A stretch of 64,000 nucleotides of DNA from an uncultured Gemmatimonadales bacterium (lineage in GTDB: Bacteria > Gemmatimonadota > Gemmatimonadetes > Longimicrobiales > RSA9), in NCBI GenBank assembly GCA_963708135.1, contig OY970192.1, positions 2,880,001-2,944,000 on the forward strand, in the 5' to 3' direction. Position numbers and translations under genes: made by a program. The notes beneath the pieces were generated by a model, which was not told the DNA's origin, did no database searches, and saw nothing but the letters and a program-made list of their open reading frames with translations. Positions 10,425 through 23,214 of this stretch are shown here, in pieces. Numbering within the stretch: position 1 is the stretch's first letter; each line of letters opens with the position of its first letter.

Positions 10425-12033
10425 ATGAGCACGACCGGGTTTCCCATAGCGCGCGCGTCTCGCCGCCTGCGCTCGGCGCGCAAGCTGCTCCTCGGCGCGT
10501 CTCTGCTCCTCGCTGCCCGCGCCGGCCCTCTCGCCGCCCAGGCAATCCACGGCTCGCTCGCCGAGGCGGAGACGGGCCGCCCCGTCGCGGGCGCCATCGT
10601 GGTACTGCTGGACCCGGCAGGGCACCCGCTCGGACGCACGCTGAGCGACTCGCTCGGCGGGTTCCTGCTGCGTGCACCCGCCGCCGGTGTCTACCGCCTC
10701 CGCGCCGACCGGATCGGCTACGAGAGCACCACCTCCGATGCCATGGCCGCCGACGGCGTCCACCCGCTGATCGTCCGGCTCGCCGTCCTCGTCCAGCCCG
10801 TGTCGCTCGAGGCGATCACCGCGTCGGCCGAAAGCCGCTGCGTCACCCGCGACCGTGATGACCGCGCGGGCGTCGAGCGCGTCTGGCAGGAGGCCAGGAA
10901 GGCGCTCGAGGCGACGACGCTCGCCGCCGCCGCACCGCTCTACCGCTTCGACGGCGAGCTCTACACCCGCACGACCGCGCCCGACGGCGGACGCATCCTG
11001 GATGAGAGGAGGCGGCCGCTGGCCGCCGACTTCGCCGAGCGGCCCTTCGTCAGCCGGCCCGCGGAGGAGCTGGCGGAGCGGGGCTACGTCCGGGCCGCGC
11101 CGGGCGGCGGCTACGACTTCTTCGCTCCCACGCCCGAGGTGCTCCTCTCGGATGCGTTCCTGTTGAACGCACTGCCTCCGGCTGACGGAGGGGCGGGACG
11201 AGGCGGCCGCCGGACTGGTGGGGCTCGGCTTCGCGCCGGTCGGCGGGCGCGACGTCGCCGACATCGAGGGGACGTTCTGGCTCGACCGCAGGACCGCGGC
11301 GCTCCGGTCGCTGGAGTTCCGTTACGTCGGACTCGACCCGGCGGTCCCGGTCGAGGGCGCGAGCGGTCGCGTGGAGCTGGAGGCGCTTCCCGACGGCGCG
11401 TTCTACGTCCGGCGGTGGTGGATCCGCACCCCGGTGCTCGCCCCTGCGCGCGTGGCGGCGTCCCCCCGCCTGGCGACCGACCGCCCGATCGCGACCATCC
11501 GGGAGGAGGGCGGCAGGGTGCTTCGCGTAAGCCGAGCGGGTGGGGCCGCGGCCACCGCGTTGCCTGCGGCCGCCAGCCCGGCTGCCACCCTGGACACCGT
11601 TCGGGTGAACGCCTCGCCCGGGCCCGCCGAGGCCACCCGCAGCCAGCGGCGCGACGTCGTGGCGGGCGCGGAGCTCGAGGCCGCGCGTGTGCGCGGCGCC
11701 CGGGTGGTGGACGTGATCCGTCGCTTTCCGGGAATCTCGATCCGCGAGGGGCGCTTCGACACGGGACAGGAGGTGGGGACGGGGTTCTGCATCGAGTCCA
11801 GCCACCGGGTGCAGCGGCTGATTGCACCGCCGCACCTGCGGGCTCAGTTCTGCGACATGCTGCCGATCTTCGTGGACGGCAGGCGGATGGGCGGCGCCAT
11901 CTCGTATCTGCGCGGGCTCGAGGTCGATGGGTTCGACAGCATCGAGCTGATCTCCGCCACCGCGGCCCAGATCCGCTTCGGCATGGACGCGGGCGCCGCC
12001 GGCGGGGCCATCGTGCTGCGCACCCGGAGGTGA
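10425..12033 (+). CDS. Exported carboxypeptidase-regulatory-like domain protein with C-terminal plug-like region; apparent +1 frameshift near 11168
   Basis: IHGSL.E.ETGRPVAGAIV.LL..G.Y.LRADRIGY; APTPEVLLSDAFL continues in the next frame as THCLRL..GLVGLGFAP..DIEGTFWLDR. Confidence 0.7.
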
Positions 12034-12218
12034 CGGGAAGCCACGAGCCGTCGGCCGCCGCCGGCTCCCCCACCCACCCGGCGGACGCCTCCGTCAGCCC
12101 GGCACGTTCGCCCCCGGCGATGTTCACCCACTCTCCCCCTCTCGGGCGGGGCGGCCGGGTCGGGCGCCCCCACTCTGGTGGCCGGGGGCGGGCCGCGGGG
12201 GCCGGGGGGCACGGCGGG

Positions 12219-15188
<2,970 letters not shown>

Positions 15189-15224
15189 TGTGTTTCCCTC
15201 GTTCGAGTCCGTTGCGGGACGCGA

Positions 15225-15240
15225 CGCAAGGGGCGAACCG
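15225..15240 (-). promoter_or_regulatory. Candidate sigma54 promoter for acnA (CGGTTCGCCCCTTGCG)
   Basis: GG-N10-GC with TTGC, 36 nt upstream of the ATG. Confidence 0.35.
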
Positions 15241-15263
15241 CCGGCGGCGCGGCCGCCGGCGGT

Positions 15264-15487
15264 GAGAGTGGGGGAGTGGGGGAGTGGGAGATGCGGCGGG
15301 CTCCGCGGCGCCTTCGGGTCGCCGGACGCGGCGACGAGGCCGACCCCCCTCCAGTGCCCTCGCCGGCGGCGCGCACGGCGCGCACGGCCCGGGCGGCCGG
15401 CGCACGCCGGGCCCGGCTCTCGGACCCGACACGCTCGCCGGGAGAGGAGGCAACCCCGTCTCCCACTCTCCCGCTCCCCCACTCTCG
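15264..15487 (-). repeat. GGGRGAGT-ended intergenic element, single-arm copy
   Basis: Three octamers at each end, inverted; interior homologous to the 58274 and 54631 copies. Confidence 0.85.
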
Positions 15488-15497
15488 CCGAACGGCC

Positions 15498-17885
15498 CTA
15501 CCGCCCGCTCACGTACAGATCCACCCGCCATCCCGTCGGCGCCTTCACGGCGCGGGAGATGTCGAAGCGGACGAGGCCGTCGAGGAAGCTGGCGCCGGCG
15601 CCGAAGGCGAGGAGCGGCGGCGTCGCGGCCCAGGCGTCGCGCGGGCCGGCCCAGCCGAGGTCGCTGAAGAGGCCCACGCGGGCGGCCGGCAGGTCCGTCG
15701 CGACGGAGGCGCGGCCGCGCCAGAAGGCCTGCCCGCCCCGTACGTCGCCGGCGTAGCCGCGCATCGACGCGGGGCCACCCAGGTACCAGAGCGACTGCGG
15801 TGGGAGCGTGCCGGTCGAGGTTCCGGCCGCGCCGGCGAGCGAGCCGACGAAGGGACCCGGCAGCGGCAGGTCCAGGCGCAGCAGCGCGGAGGGGCGGAAG
15901 AAATCGTACGTGCCTCCGGCGCCATCCAGCGTGAGCTCGCCCTCCCAGCGCCAGCCGACGGGGTTCTGGCCGTGGGCGGCGCGCAGCGTGAGGGCGGCGC
16001 CGGTCTCCGTGGCGGGTGCGGCGGCGAGGTTCGGGCGGAAGGCGGCCTCGGCGCCGAGCAGGTGGCGCAGCGAGAAGTCCGTATTGGCGACGGCGCCGCG
16101 CTGGCGCTCGCGGTAGATCCTGAGCGCGTACCACTGCGTGCCCGTCGCGGGCGGCGCGATGGCGAGCTCGGCGCCGAGGGCGCGGTAGTAGTCGCCGTCG
16201 TCGCGGCCGAAGAGGAGGGCGTTGGCGGAGTTGCCGATGCCGAGCGCCCGGGTCGAGGGATCGAAGAGGGCGAGGCGGCGGTAGCCGGCCAGGCGCAGGT
16301 GCATGGTGCGCGCGTCGCGCGTGAGGCCGATCTCCGCGTTCGGCACGAGGTCGGCGACGCCGATGCGGGCGGAGCCGTCCGCGGAGAGGCGGCCGAGGTC
16401 GAGGTCGCCCTTCGCGCCGATCGAGAGCGCCTCGACCCGGTTGTAGCGCACCATCCCCGCGCGCCCGAGCCCCCAGCCGATGGTCGGCCGGGAGACGTGC
16501 CACGGCGGCTCGGCGATGCCCTTCAGCCGCTGCCCGAGCTGCTCGAGCTCGGGCGCGGAGACGAGCGCCTCGTCCGGGCCGTAGGGCGTGGGCGGCAGCT
16601 CCGCGCTGGTGAGCAGCTTCGAGGAGTCGGGGATCACGACCACGGCCGCCGGGACGCACGTCCCGCTGCGCCTCTCGTGGGCGACGATGGCGCTGTCCGG
16701 CGCCTCGCCTCTCCGCTCCCGCCGCCGCTCCTCGCGCTCCTCGCGCCGCTGGTCGCGGGACAGGTTGACGCGGATGCGGAACCCCTCGGGGCACTTGCCG
16801 AGCGAGTCGGGGCGAGGCACTTCGGGCAGCCCGAGCAGGTCGGGAGACGGGCGGCCGGCGGCGGCCGTGTCGCCTTCCACGTGGTACTCGGCGTAGCTCC
16901 GCTCGTAGTGGAGCGGCAGCGTCATCATCTTGCCGACCTGCGCCACGCCGTCGAAGGCGACGAGCCGGGGCATCCACCAGTGCAGGTCCCAGAGGCCGTA
17001 CTGGATGGTGACGTAGCTGACGTCGGCGCGGATCGGCTTGAGGATGCCGGGGATGTCCTCGGCGTCCTTCCGGTCGCCGGGCGAATCGGCATCGCGCTCG
17101 AGGTCGTACTCGCGGGCGAGGCGGAAGACGGCCTGCACCACGGCGTGCGAGCGCGACTCGAGCCAGAAGGAGCCCGTGATCAGGTGCACGTCCGGCACGC
17201 GCGGCAGGATCTTCAGCTCGATCAGGCGGATCGCCTGTCCGTCGGGCAGGCGGATCGTCGTCGTGTCGCCGGTGCGGAAGCGGTACCAGTGCTCGCTGCC
17301 GGGCGCGAGCGGGTGGCGCACGAAGCCGCCGTCCGTCCAGCCGAGCATCATCTGGCTCTCGGCCGGATCGAACGCCAAATGCGGCATGAACTCCTTCAGG
17401 TCGTCCGGGATCTGCGCCTTCTTCAGCACGGCGGGCACGACCTCGCGGGCGCCGAGGACCTGGATCGTGGAGCGGCCCTCCCGCTTCCAGTCGATCCGCC
17501 CGGCAGTCTCCCGGCGGTAGAAGAGGTGGTCGAAGCCGAGCGTGCGCAGCCCCATCGAGATGCGCTCCTTCACCAGCGCCCGGTACTCCCGGATCGAGCG
17601 GTCCACGGTGTAGCGCCGGCCGCGACCCAGGGCGACGAGCCGCCGCGCCTCGGGATCGAGGTACGCCGTGGCGCGGTCCGCGCTGTCGGCCCGCGCTGCG
17701 CGGCGGTTGGCGGCGAATGTCGAGTCGGCGGAAGCGGTGGAAGCGCTGGTCGAGTCGGCGGAGCGCGCCCCCGGCCGGGCCGCCCCGCGGCGCGCGCGGG
17801 CGGAATCCGGATTCTGGGCCGCGAGCGGCGCGGCCGCGAGAAGGAGCAGCGCGAACGCCGCGGAGAAGTGCAGGGGCCGGGTCAT
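15498..17885 (-). CDS. Exported protein with probable C-terminal outer-membrane beta-barrel (Omp85/ShlB-like)
   Basis: Signal peptide; RYNRVEAL.IG; LGG..SMRGY; terminal alternating strands GAGASFLDGLVRFDISRA..WRVDLY. Confidence 0.75.
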   Translation of the reverse strand: MTRPLHFSAAFALLLLAAAPLAAQNPDSARARRGAARPGARSADSTSASTASADSTFAANRRAARADSADRATAYLDPEARRLVALGRGRRYTVDRSIREYRALVKERISMGLRTLGFDHLFYRRETAGRIDWKREGRSTIQVLGAREVVPAVLKKAQIPDDLKEFMPHLAFDPAESQMMLGWTDGGFVRHPLAPGSEHWYRFRTGDTTTIRLPDGQAIRLIELKILPRVPDVHLITGSFWLESRSHAVVQAVFRLAREYDLERDADSPGDRKDAEDIPGILKPIRADVSYVTIQYGLWDLHWWMPRLVAFDGVAQVGKMMTLPLHYERSYAEYHVEGDTAAAGRPSPDLLGLPEVPRPDSLGKCPEGFRIRVNLSRDQRREEREERRRERRGEAPDSAIVAHERRSGTCVPAAVVVIPDSSKLLTSAELPPTPYGPDEALVSAPELEQLGQRLKGIAEPPWHVSRPTIGWGLGRAGMVRYNRVEALSIGAKGDLDLGRLSADGSARIGVADLVPNAEIGLTRDARTMHLRLAGYRRLALFDPSTRALGIGNSANALLFGRDDGDYYRALGAELAIAPPATGTQWYALRIYRERQRGAVANTDFSLRHLLGAEAAFRPNLAAAPATETGAALTLRAAHGQNPVGWRWEGELTLDGAGGTYDFFRPSALLRLDLPLPGPFVGSLAGAAGTSTGTLPPQSLWYLGGPASMRGYAGDVRGGQAFWRGRASVATDLPAARVGLFSDLGWAGPRDAWAATPPLLAFGAGASFLDGLVRFDISRAVKAPTGWRVDLYVSGR

Positions 17886-18027
17886 GCGGGCTCCGGTGAG
17901 GTGGTCGGCGACCCTCTATCTACGCGTATCTACGCGCGAAGGCGCGCCGGGTTTCGCCCGCCGGGCGGCTGGTGGCGGCCGCTGCGGCCGGCGTCATGCC
18001 GGAGTGGGAGAGTGGGAGAACGCGAGG

Positions 18028-19257
18028 TCAGACGACCGGCAGCCGGCGCTTCCTGCGGCTGCGCCGCTCGAAGTACTCCTCCACGGGCTCGGCCACGCCC
18101 GCCTCGACGAGCTTGCGGTACTTCGCCGGGATGTGGGCGCAAAAGGGCTCGGCCTCGAGGAAGTCGCCGGTCACGGCGAAGGCCCGCGCGCGGCTTCCGC
18201 CGCAGACGTTCAGGTACTCGCAGGAGCCGCACTTCCCCTTGATGAGGGAGCGGTTGCGGAGCGCCGTGAACAGCGGCGAGTTGCGGTAGACGTCCACGAG
18301 GTCGTGCGTCCGTACGTTGCCGGCCGGGATCGGCAGGAAGCCGGACGGGAAGATCTCGCCGGTGTGGCTGATGAACATGAAGCCGTCGCCATCGTTCACG
18401 CTGCGGGCGCGCCCGATGCCGTCCGCCTGGCTGAAGGCGACGCCGTCCGTCAGCACGTCCGCCGCGTCCGTCCGCTCGCCGGCGCGCCGCTCCGCCACCT
18501 TGTGCTGGAGCACCACGCGCTGGAACTGCGGCGCCGCGGTGGCGCGCAGGTCGAAGGGCACGCTCTTCGAGATCTCGTACATGCGCTCGAAGACGGCCTC
18601 GAACTCCTCCGCGCTCGCCACGTCCTGCGGCCGGGCGCGGCCCATCGGCACCAGGAAGAAGACCTCCCAGAACACGATCCCGAGCCGCGACATGAGGGCG
18701 ATGAGGTTGTCGAAGTCGTCCAGGTTGTGGCGCGCGATGACCGTGTTCACCTGGGTCGACAGCCCGATCCGGTGCGACTGTTCCAGGATGTCGAGCCCCC
18801 ACTGGAACGAGCCGTCCACGCGACGGAACGCATCGTGGATCTCCGGCGTCGAGCCGTCCAGGCTCACGGCCAGCCGCGACAGCCCGGCATCCTTCAGCCG
18901 CTGCAGCATGTCGGGCGTGGCCAGCGGCGTCGTGGCCGGCGTGATCGCCATGCGCAGCCCCAGCTTCACGCCGTGCTCGACCAGCTCCACCACGTCCGGC
19001 CGCTTCAGCGAGTCGCCGCCGCTCAGCACGAACACGCACGGCCCGAACTCGCGCACCTTCTCCAGCAGCCGCTTCCCCTCCTCGAAGGACAGCTCGCGCG
19101 GGTCCCGCTCCGGCACGGCCTCGGCCCGGCAGTGCTTGCACGCCAGGTCGCACGCCCGCGTCGTCTCCCAGATCACCACGAACGGCGACTGCGAGAAATC
19201 GCGCGGAGGCACGAACGCCGGCCTGGCGCCCGGTTCCGTCGTGCTCGGCTTGATCAT
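18028..19257 (-). CDS. Radical SAM/SPASM protein, NirJ/AhbD-like (TIGR04053 type)
   Basis: WETTRACDLACKHCRA; NDGDGFMFISHTGEIFPSGFLP; KCGSCEYLNVCGGSRARA. Confidence 0.92.
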   Translation of the reverse strand: MIKPSTTEPGARPAFVPPRDFSQSPFVVIWETTRACDLACKHCRAEAVPERDPRELSFEEGKRLLEKVREFGPCVFVLSGGDSLKRPDVVELVEHGVKLGLRMAITPATTPLATPDMLQRLKDAGLSRLAVSLDGSTPEIHDAFRRVDGSFQWGLDILEQSHRIGLSTQVNTVIARHNLDDFDNLIALMSRLGIVFWEVFFLVPMGRARPQDVASAEEFEAVFERMYEISKSVPFDLRATAAPQFQRVVLQHKVAERRAGERTDAADVLTDGVAFSQADGIGRARSVNDGDGFMFISHTGEIFPSGFLPIPAGNVRTHDLVDVYRNSPLFTALRNRSLIKGKCGSCEYLNVCGGSRARAFAVTGDFLEAEPFCAHIPAKYRKLVEAGVAEPVEEYFERRSRRKRRLPVV

Positions 19258-19517
19258 CGGCTGCCTCCCTTGCGTGCGCGCGGGCCCGCGGCCCGTTCCG
19301 GTTCACGAGCCCAATATCCGGAATGGCGCCGCCCGATGCTGTCGGGCGGATCACGCGAAAGGTGTGGGGAAGCGCCCGACGCCGGGATGCGGGACGCGGG
19401 ACCGCGCCTCACGGTCCGCGAGCGGCTCGGCCTGTGCAGCACGCCCGCCTCCCGCTAGATTTCCGTGTTCCCGCACTCCAATGCCCGGAAATGGACAAGA
19501 TGTTGACGCGCAACCGG

Positions 19518-20159
19518 ATGTCGCCCGCCGTCCTGCTTCTCTTCGCGACTGCGGCGGGCGCTGCCGCGTGCGCGCGCGGCCGCGCGGCCGAGGATCCCGC
19601 CGCGCTGCGCGGGACGGTGCTGGGCACCCCCCTCATGAAGCCCGACTTCACGCTGGCCGACACGCGCGGCCGGCCGTTCGACTTCCGCCGGGAGACGGCG
19701 GGGAAGCTGGCGCTCGTCTATTTCGGCTACACCCACTGCGCCGACGTCTGCCCGGTGCACATGGGCAACATCGCGGCGGTCCTGCGGACGATGCCCTACG
19801 AGGTGACGAGCCGCACGCGCGTGATCTTCATCACGGTTGACCCGGCACGCGACACGCCCGCGGTGCTCCGGCGCTGGCTCGACCACTTCGACTCCCGCTT
19901 CGTGGGCCTGCGCGGCAGCGATTCCGAGGTGGCCAGGATCGAGCACGCGCTGCACGTGGCGGTGGCGGTGGAGGACAGCGCCTCCCATGGGAGCGGCGGC
20001 TACGGGGTGGGGCACGCGGCGCAGGTCGTCGCCTTCACGCCCGACGGCCTGGCGCACGTGATCTATCCGTTCGGCACCCGCCAGCAGGACTGGGAGCACG
20101 ACCTCCCGGCGCTGCTCCAGGGGGCGTGGGCCGCGGGCCCGGCGGCGGCCGGATCGTGA
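19518..20159 (+). CDS. SCO/SenC family copper chaperone (start may be 19491 or 19500)
   Basis: YFGYTHCADVCP, ITVDPARDT, YGVGH. Confidence 0.92.
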   Translation: MSPAVLLLFATAAGAAACARGRAAEDPAALRGTVLGTPLMKPDFTLADTRGRPFDFRRETAGKLALVYFGYTHCADVCPVHMGNIAAVLRTMPYEVTSRTRVIFITVDPARDTPAVLRRWLDHFDSRFVGLRGSDSEVARIEHALHVAVAVEDSASHGSGGYGVGHAAQVVAFTPDGLAHVIYPFGTRQQDWEHDLPALLQGAWAAGPAAAGS

Positions 20160-21052
20160 CGGTGCAGTGGTGGTGCTCGGCGCAGGGCGTCGCCTGGAGC
20201 TGGAGCTGGCGCGCCTACCCGGGCGTGTGGCTCATGATCGCCGCCGCCGGCGCGTTCTACGCCCGCCTCTGGCACCGGCGCCACGTCCGCCGGCCCACGG
20301 ACACGCGCCACCAGCTCGCCGCGGTGGGCGGGCTGTGGCTCCTCTGGATCGGGCTCGACTGGCCCCTCGGCACCCTCGGCGCCGGCTACCTGGCCAGTGC
20401 GCACATGGTGCAGTTCATCATCATCGTGCTGGCCGCCACGCCGCTGCTCGTGCTGGGACTACCCCAGGGCGACGCAGCCGCCGCCGGCGCCGGGGCGGGC
20501 GTCGGCCTCGCGGTGGACGCCGGCGCCGGTCCGGCGGCCGGCGTCCCGGGCCGCGTCCTGCGGGTCTGGCGCGCGCTGACGCAGCCTCTCGTCGCCCTCA
20601 TCGTCTTCACGGTCCTGATTATCGGCACCCACGCGCCGCCGGTCGTGGACGCGCTCATGGGCACCCAGCTCGGGTCGATGGCGCTCGACCTGGCCTGGAT
20701 CTTCGCGGGCGTCCTCTTCTGGTGGCCCGTGCTCTCTCCCGGCTACCCTCGCCCCCGCCTCTCGCCGCCGCTCGCGCTCGTCTACCTGCTCGGCGGCGGC
20801 CTGCCCGACAAGGGCATCGCCTCGTGGCTGCTGCTCTCTCACCTGCCCGTCTACCGGACCTACGAGCTCGCGCCGCCGATCCCGGGCACCACCCCCAACA
20901 GCGACCAGGAGCTGGCCGGCGGCCTCATGCTGACCGCCGGGATGCTGCTGCTCGTGGTGGCGAGCGGCATCGTCTTCCACCTGTGGGTCCGCGCCGAGGA
21001 GCGCATCGACCGCGCCGCCGCCCCCGAGTCGCGCCTGGAGGAGCGCGGGTAG
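20156..21052 (+). CDS. ctaG: Cytochrome c oxidase assembly factor, Caa3 CtaG family
   Basis: GTGA overlap with the SCO stop; LDWP, SAHMVQ, H.P, FWWP, DQELAG.LM. Confidence 0.85.
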   Translation: MTVQWWCSAQGVAWSWSWRAYPGVWLMIAAAGAFYARLWHRRHVRRPTDTRHQLAAVGGLWLLWIGLDWPLGTLGAGYLASAHMVQFIIIVLAATPLLVLGLPQGDAAAAGAGAGVGLAVDAGAGPAAGVPGRVLRVWRALTQPLVALIVFTVLIIGTHAPPVVDALMGTQLGSMALDLAWIFAGVLFWWPVLSPGYPRPRLSPPLALVYLLGGGLPDKGIASWLLLSHLPVYRTYELAPPIPGTTPNSDQELAGGLMLTAGMLLLVVASGIVFHLWVRAEERIDRAAAPESRLEERG

Positions 21053-21103
21053 CCCCTGCGGTTCCCCGGGCGGGCATGTCTCTGCCCGGCTGTGCCGGGA
21101 CAG

Positions 21104-21375
21104 GAGAGTGGGGGACCTCGATCCGGCAGGTGTCTGCCCGGCCCGGGCCCGGCCGGGCGGGCTGTGTCCTCCCCGGACAGGAGAGCGGGGGACGCCGGGC
21201 GCGCCGCGCTGGGTGCGCCGGGCTGCCCGGCCTCGCGACCATGCCGGCGCGCTGAGGGGGCCGCCGGCGGAGTCGGCGCCGGGCCGACGTGGGCCGCGCG
21301 CGGCACACGCGCCCGGTGACCCGCGGCGCGCGCTGGAGCCGGCCGCGGCTCCCGCTCTCCCGCTCCCCCACTCTC
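21104..21375 (-). repeat. GGGRGAGT-ended intergenic element, diverged copy; terminal GGACAGGAGAGYGGGGGAC occurs twice, 77 bp apart
   Basis: Left arm resembles GGCCG.CT.C..CG.GCGCCGCG.GTCACC of the 45785 copy. Confidence 0.7.
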
Positions 21376-21445
21376 GCGTCGTTGCGCCACCCGCCGCCTC
21401 GCACCCATCTTCGCCCAGCCTCGACGAACCCGAACCCGACCCCAT

Positions 21446-22600
21446 ATGCCCGGCTCACGACGGCTCCGCGAAACGCTGACCACCCCCGCGCGCGCCGGCA
21501 AGGTGCTGCTCGCGCCGGGCCGCGCCGCGCGCGCGCTGCTCCGGATCCGGCGCCGCACCGCCATCGGCTCGCCCCCGGGAACGCTCGTCAGCGACCCCGA
21601 GGCGCCTCCCCCGATCCTCCGCGTCCTGGCGTACGATGCCGAGCGCGTGGAGGAGGCGACGCTGGACTCGCCCGAGGCGCTGCGCCCCTGGCTGACCGGC
21701 TGGCCGACCGTCTGGGCCAACATCGATGGCCTCGGCGACGCGGAGTTCGTGCAGGGCGTGGGCAACGTCTTCGGGCTGCACCAGCTCGCGCTCGAGGACG
21801 TCCTCAACGTCTACCAGCGGCCCAAGACGGAGGAGTACCCGGACACGCTCTTCATCGTGGTGCGCATGGCGCTGCTCGACGCCGAGGGGCTGCGCAGCGA
21901 GCAGGTCAGCATGTTCCTGGGCCGCGGCTTCCTCGTCACGTTCCAGGAGCGCGAGGGCGACTGCCTCGATCCGGTGCGGGAGCGGCTCAGGCAGGGGCGG
22001 GGCCGGATCCGCGTCGGGGGCGCCGACTACCTGGCCTACGCCATCATCGACGCCATCGTGGACAACTACTACCCCGTGCTGGAGGCGTACGGCGAGCGGC
22101 TGGAGGACCTCGAGGACTCCGTCGTCGCGGACCCGGGGCCCAGGGTGATCGGGCAGATCCACGAGATCCGCCGCGAGCTGCTCGCGCTGCGCCGCGCCAT
22201 CTGGCCGCTGCGCGACGCGCTGGGGGTGCTGCTGCGCGAGGAGCACGAGCTGGTGGAGGAGGAGACGCGCATCTACCTGCGCGACTGCTACGACCACACC
22301 ATCCAGGTCATCGACCTGCTGGAGAACTACCGCGAGATCGCGTCCGGCCTCGTGGACGTCTACCTCTCCAGCGTGAGCAACCGGATGAACGAGGTGATGA
22401 AGATGCTCACCATCATCGCCACCATCTTCATCCCGCTCACCTTCATCGTCGGCGTCTACGGGATGAACTTCGACACCCACGCGTCCCGCTGGAACATGCC
22501 GGAGCTGGGCTGGCGCTACGGCTATGCGGCGACGTGGCTCGTCATGCTCGTCATCGCCCTCGGGCTCGTGTGGTATTTCCGCCGCAAGCGCTGGCTGTAG
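21446..22600 (+). CDS. corA: Magnesium/cobalt transporter CorA
   Basis: LHQLALED..QRPK.EEY; NEVMK.LT; YGMNF..NMPEL. Confidence 0.96.
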   Translation: MPGSRRLRETLTTPARAGKVLLAPGRAARALLRIRRRTAIGSPPGTLVSDPEAPPPILRVLAYDAERVEEATLDSPEALRPWLTGWPTVWANIDGLGDAEFVQGVGNVFGLHQLALEDVLNVYQRPKTEEYPDTLFIVVRMALLDAEGLRSEQVSMFLGRGFLVTFQEREGDCLDPVRERLRQGRGRIRVGGADYLAYAIIDAIVDNYYPVLEAYGERLEDLEDSVVADPGPRVIGQIHEIRRELLALRRAIWPLRDALGVLLREEHELVEEETRIYLRDCYDHTIQVIDLLENYREIASGLVDVYLSSVSNRMNEVMKMLTIIATIFIPLTFIVGVYGMNFDTHASRWNMPELGWRYGYAATWLVMLVIALGLVWYFRRKRWL

Positions 22601-22890
22601 CCGCGGCGCGTGCGGCCGGGCGCCGCGCAGGGCAGGTGCAGGGGCAGGGGCCGATCGGTCGATTTCGTCCGCTCCGGCGCCGCGGATCGCGCCGCGCGAT
22701 CAGAGATGGCGCAATGGACGCCCGCCCACCCGTCCAGACCCCGGATCATCTCGGAAATCGAGCAAGATCGCGGTCGCGGCGGCGCCGAGAGACGGCCAGT
22801 GCGCCTTTCTTCTCGAATACCGAGCAAGAACGCGTTCCGGATCCTCACCGAGAGGTCCGCTCGCCGATGCTGCTCGCCCGCGCGCCCGAC

Positions 22891-23211
22891 TCAGCCCGTC
22901 CTCGAGCCCGCGCCCAACCGCGAGACAGGGCGGGGTCGAACCGGCTCGACCTTCCTCGCCACCGCGCCGAGATCCGGCACGCCGTAGTACCTTACCGCCA
23001 GCGGCGTCCGCCGGTCCCGCCAGCGCTCGAGGTCCTCGTGGGAGGCGGCGCGCTTCCGGGTCACGAACAGGTACCCGTGGCCCTCGTCGTCCATGAGGCG
23101 GAACCGGTCCTCCTGCACGATGGTGATCCACCCGGCCACCTCGCCCGCGTGGGGCTGCGGCGGCGGTGGGACCGGCGGCCCATCGTAGCGCTTCCTGCTC
23201 CGTCGCCTCAT
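22891..23211 (-). CDS. Small hypothetical protein, last gene of the fdh operon
   Basis: Starts 3 nt after the nrfD-like stop with GGAGG RBS; G.IT.VQEDRFRL..D.G..YLF motif. Confidence 0.75.
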   Translation of the reverse strand: MRRRSRKRYDGPPVPPPPQPHAGEVAGWITIVQEDRFRLMDDEGHGYLFVTRKRAASHEDLERWRDRRTPLAVRYYGVPDLGAVARKVEPVRPRPVSRLGAGSRTG

Positions 23212-23214
23212 TGC

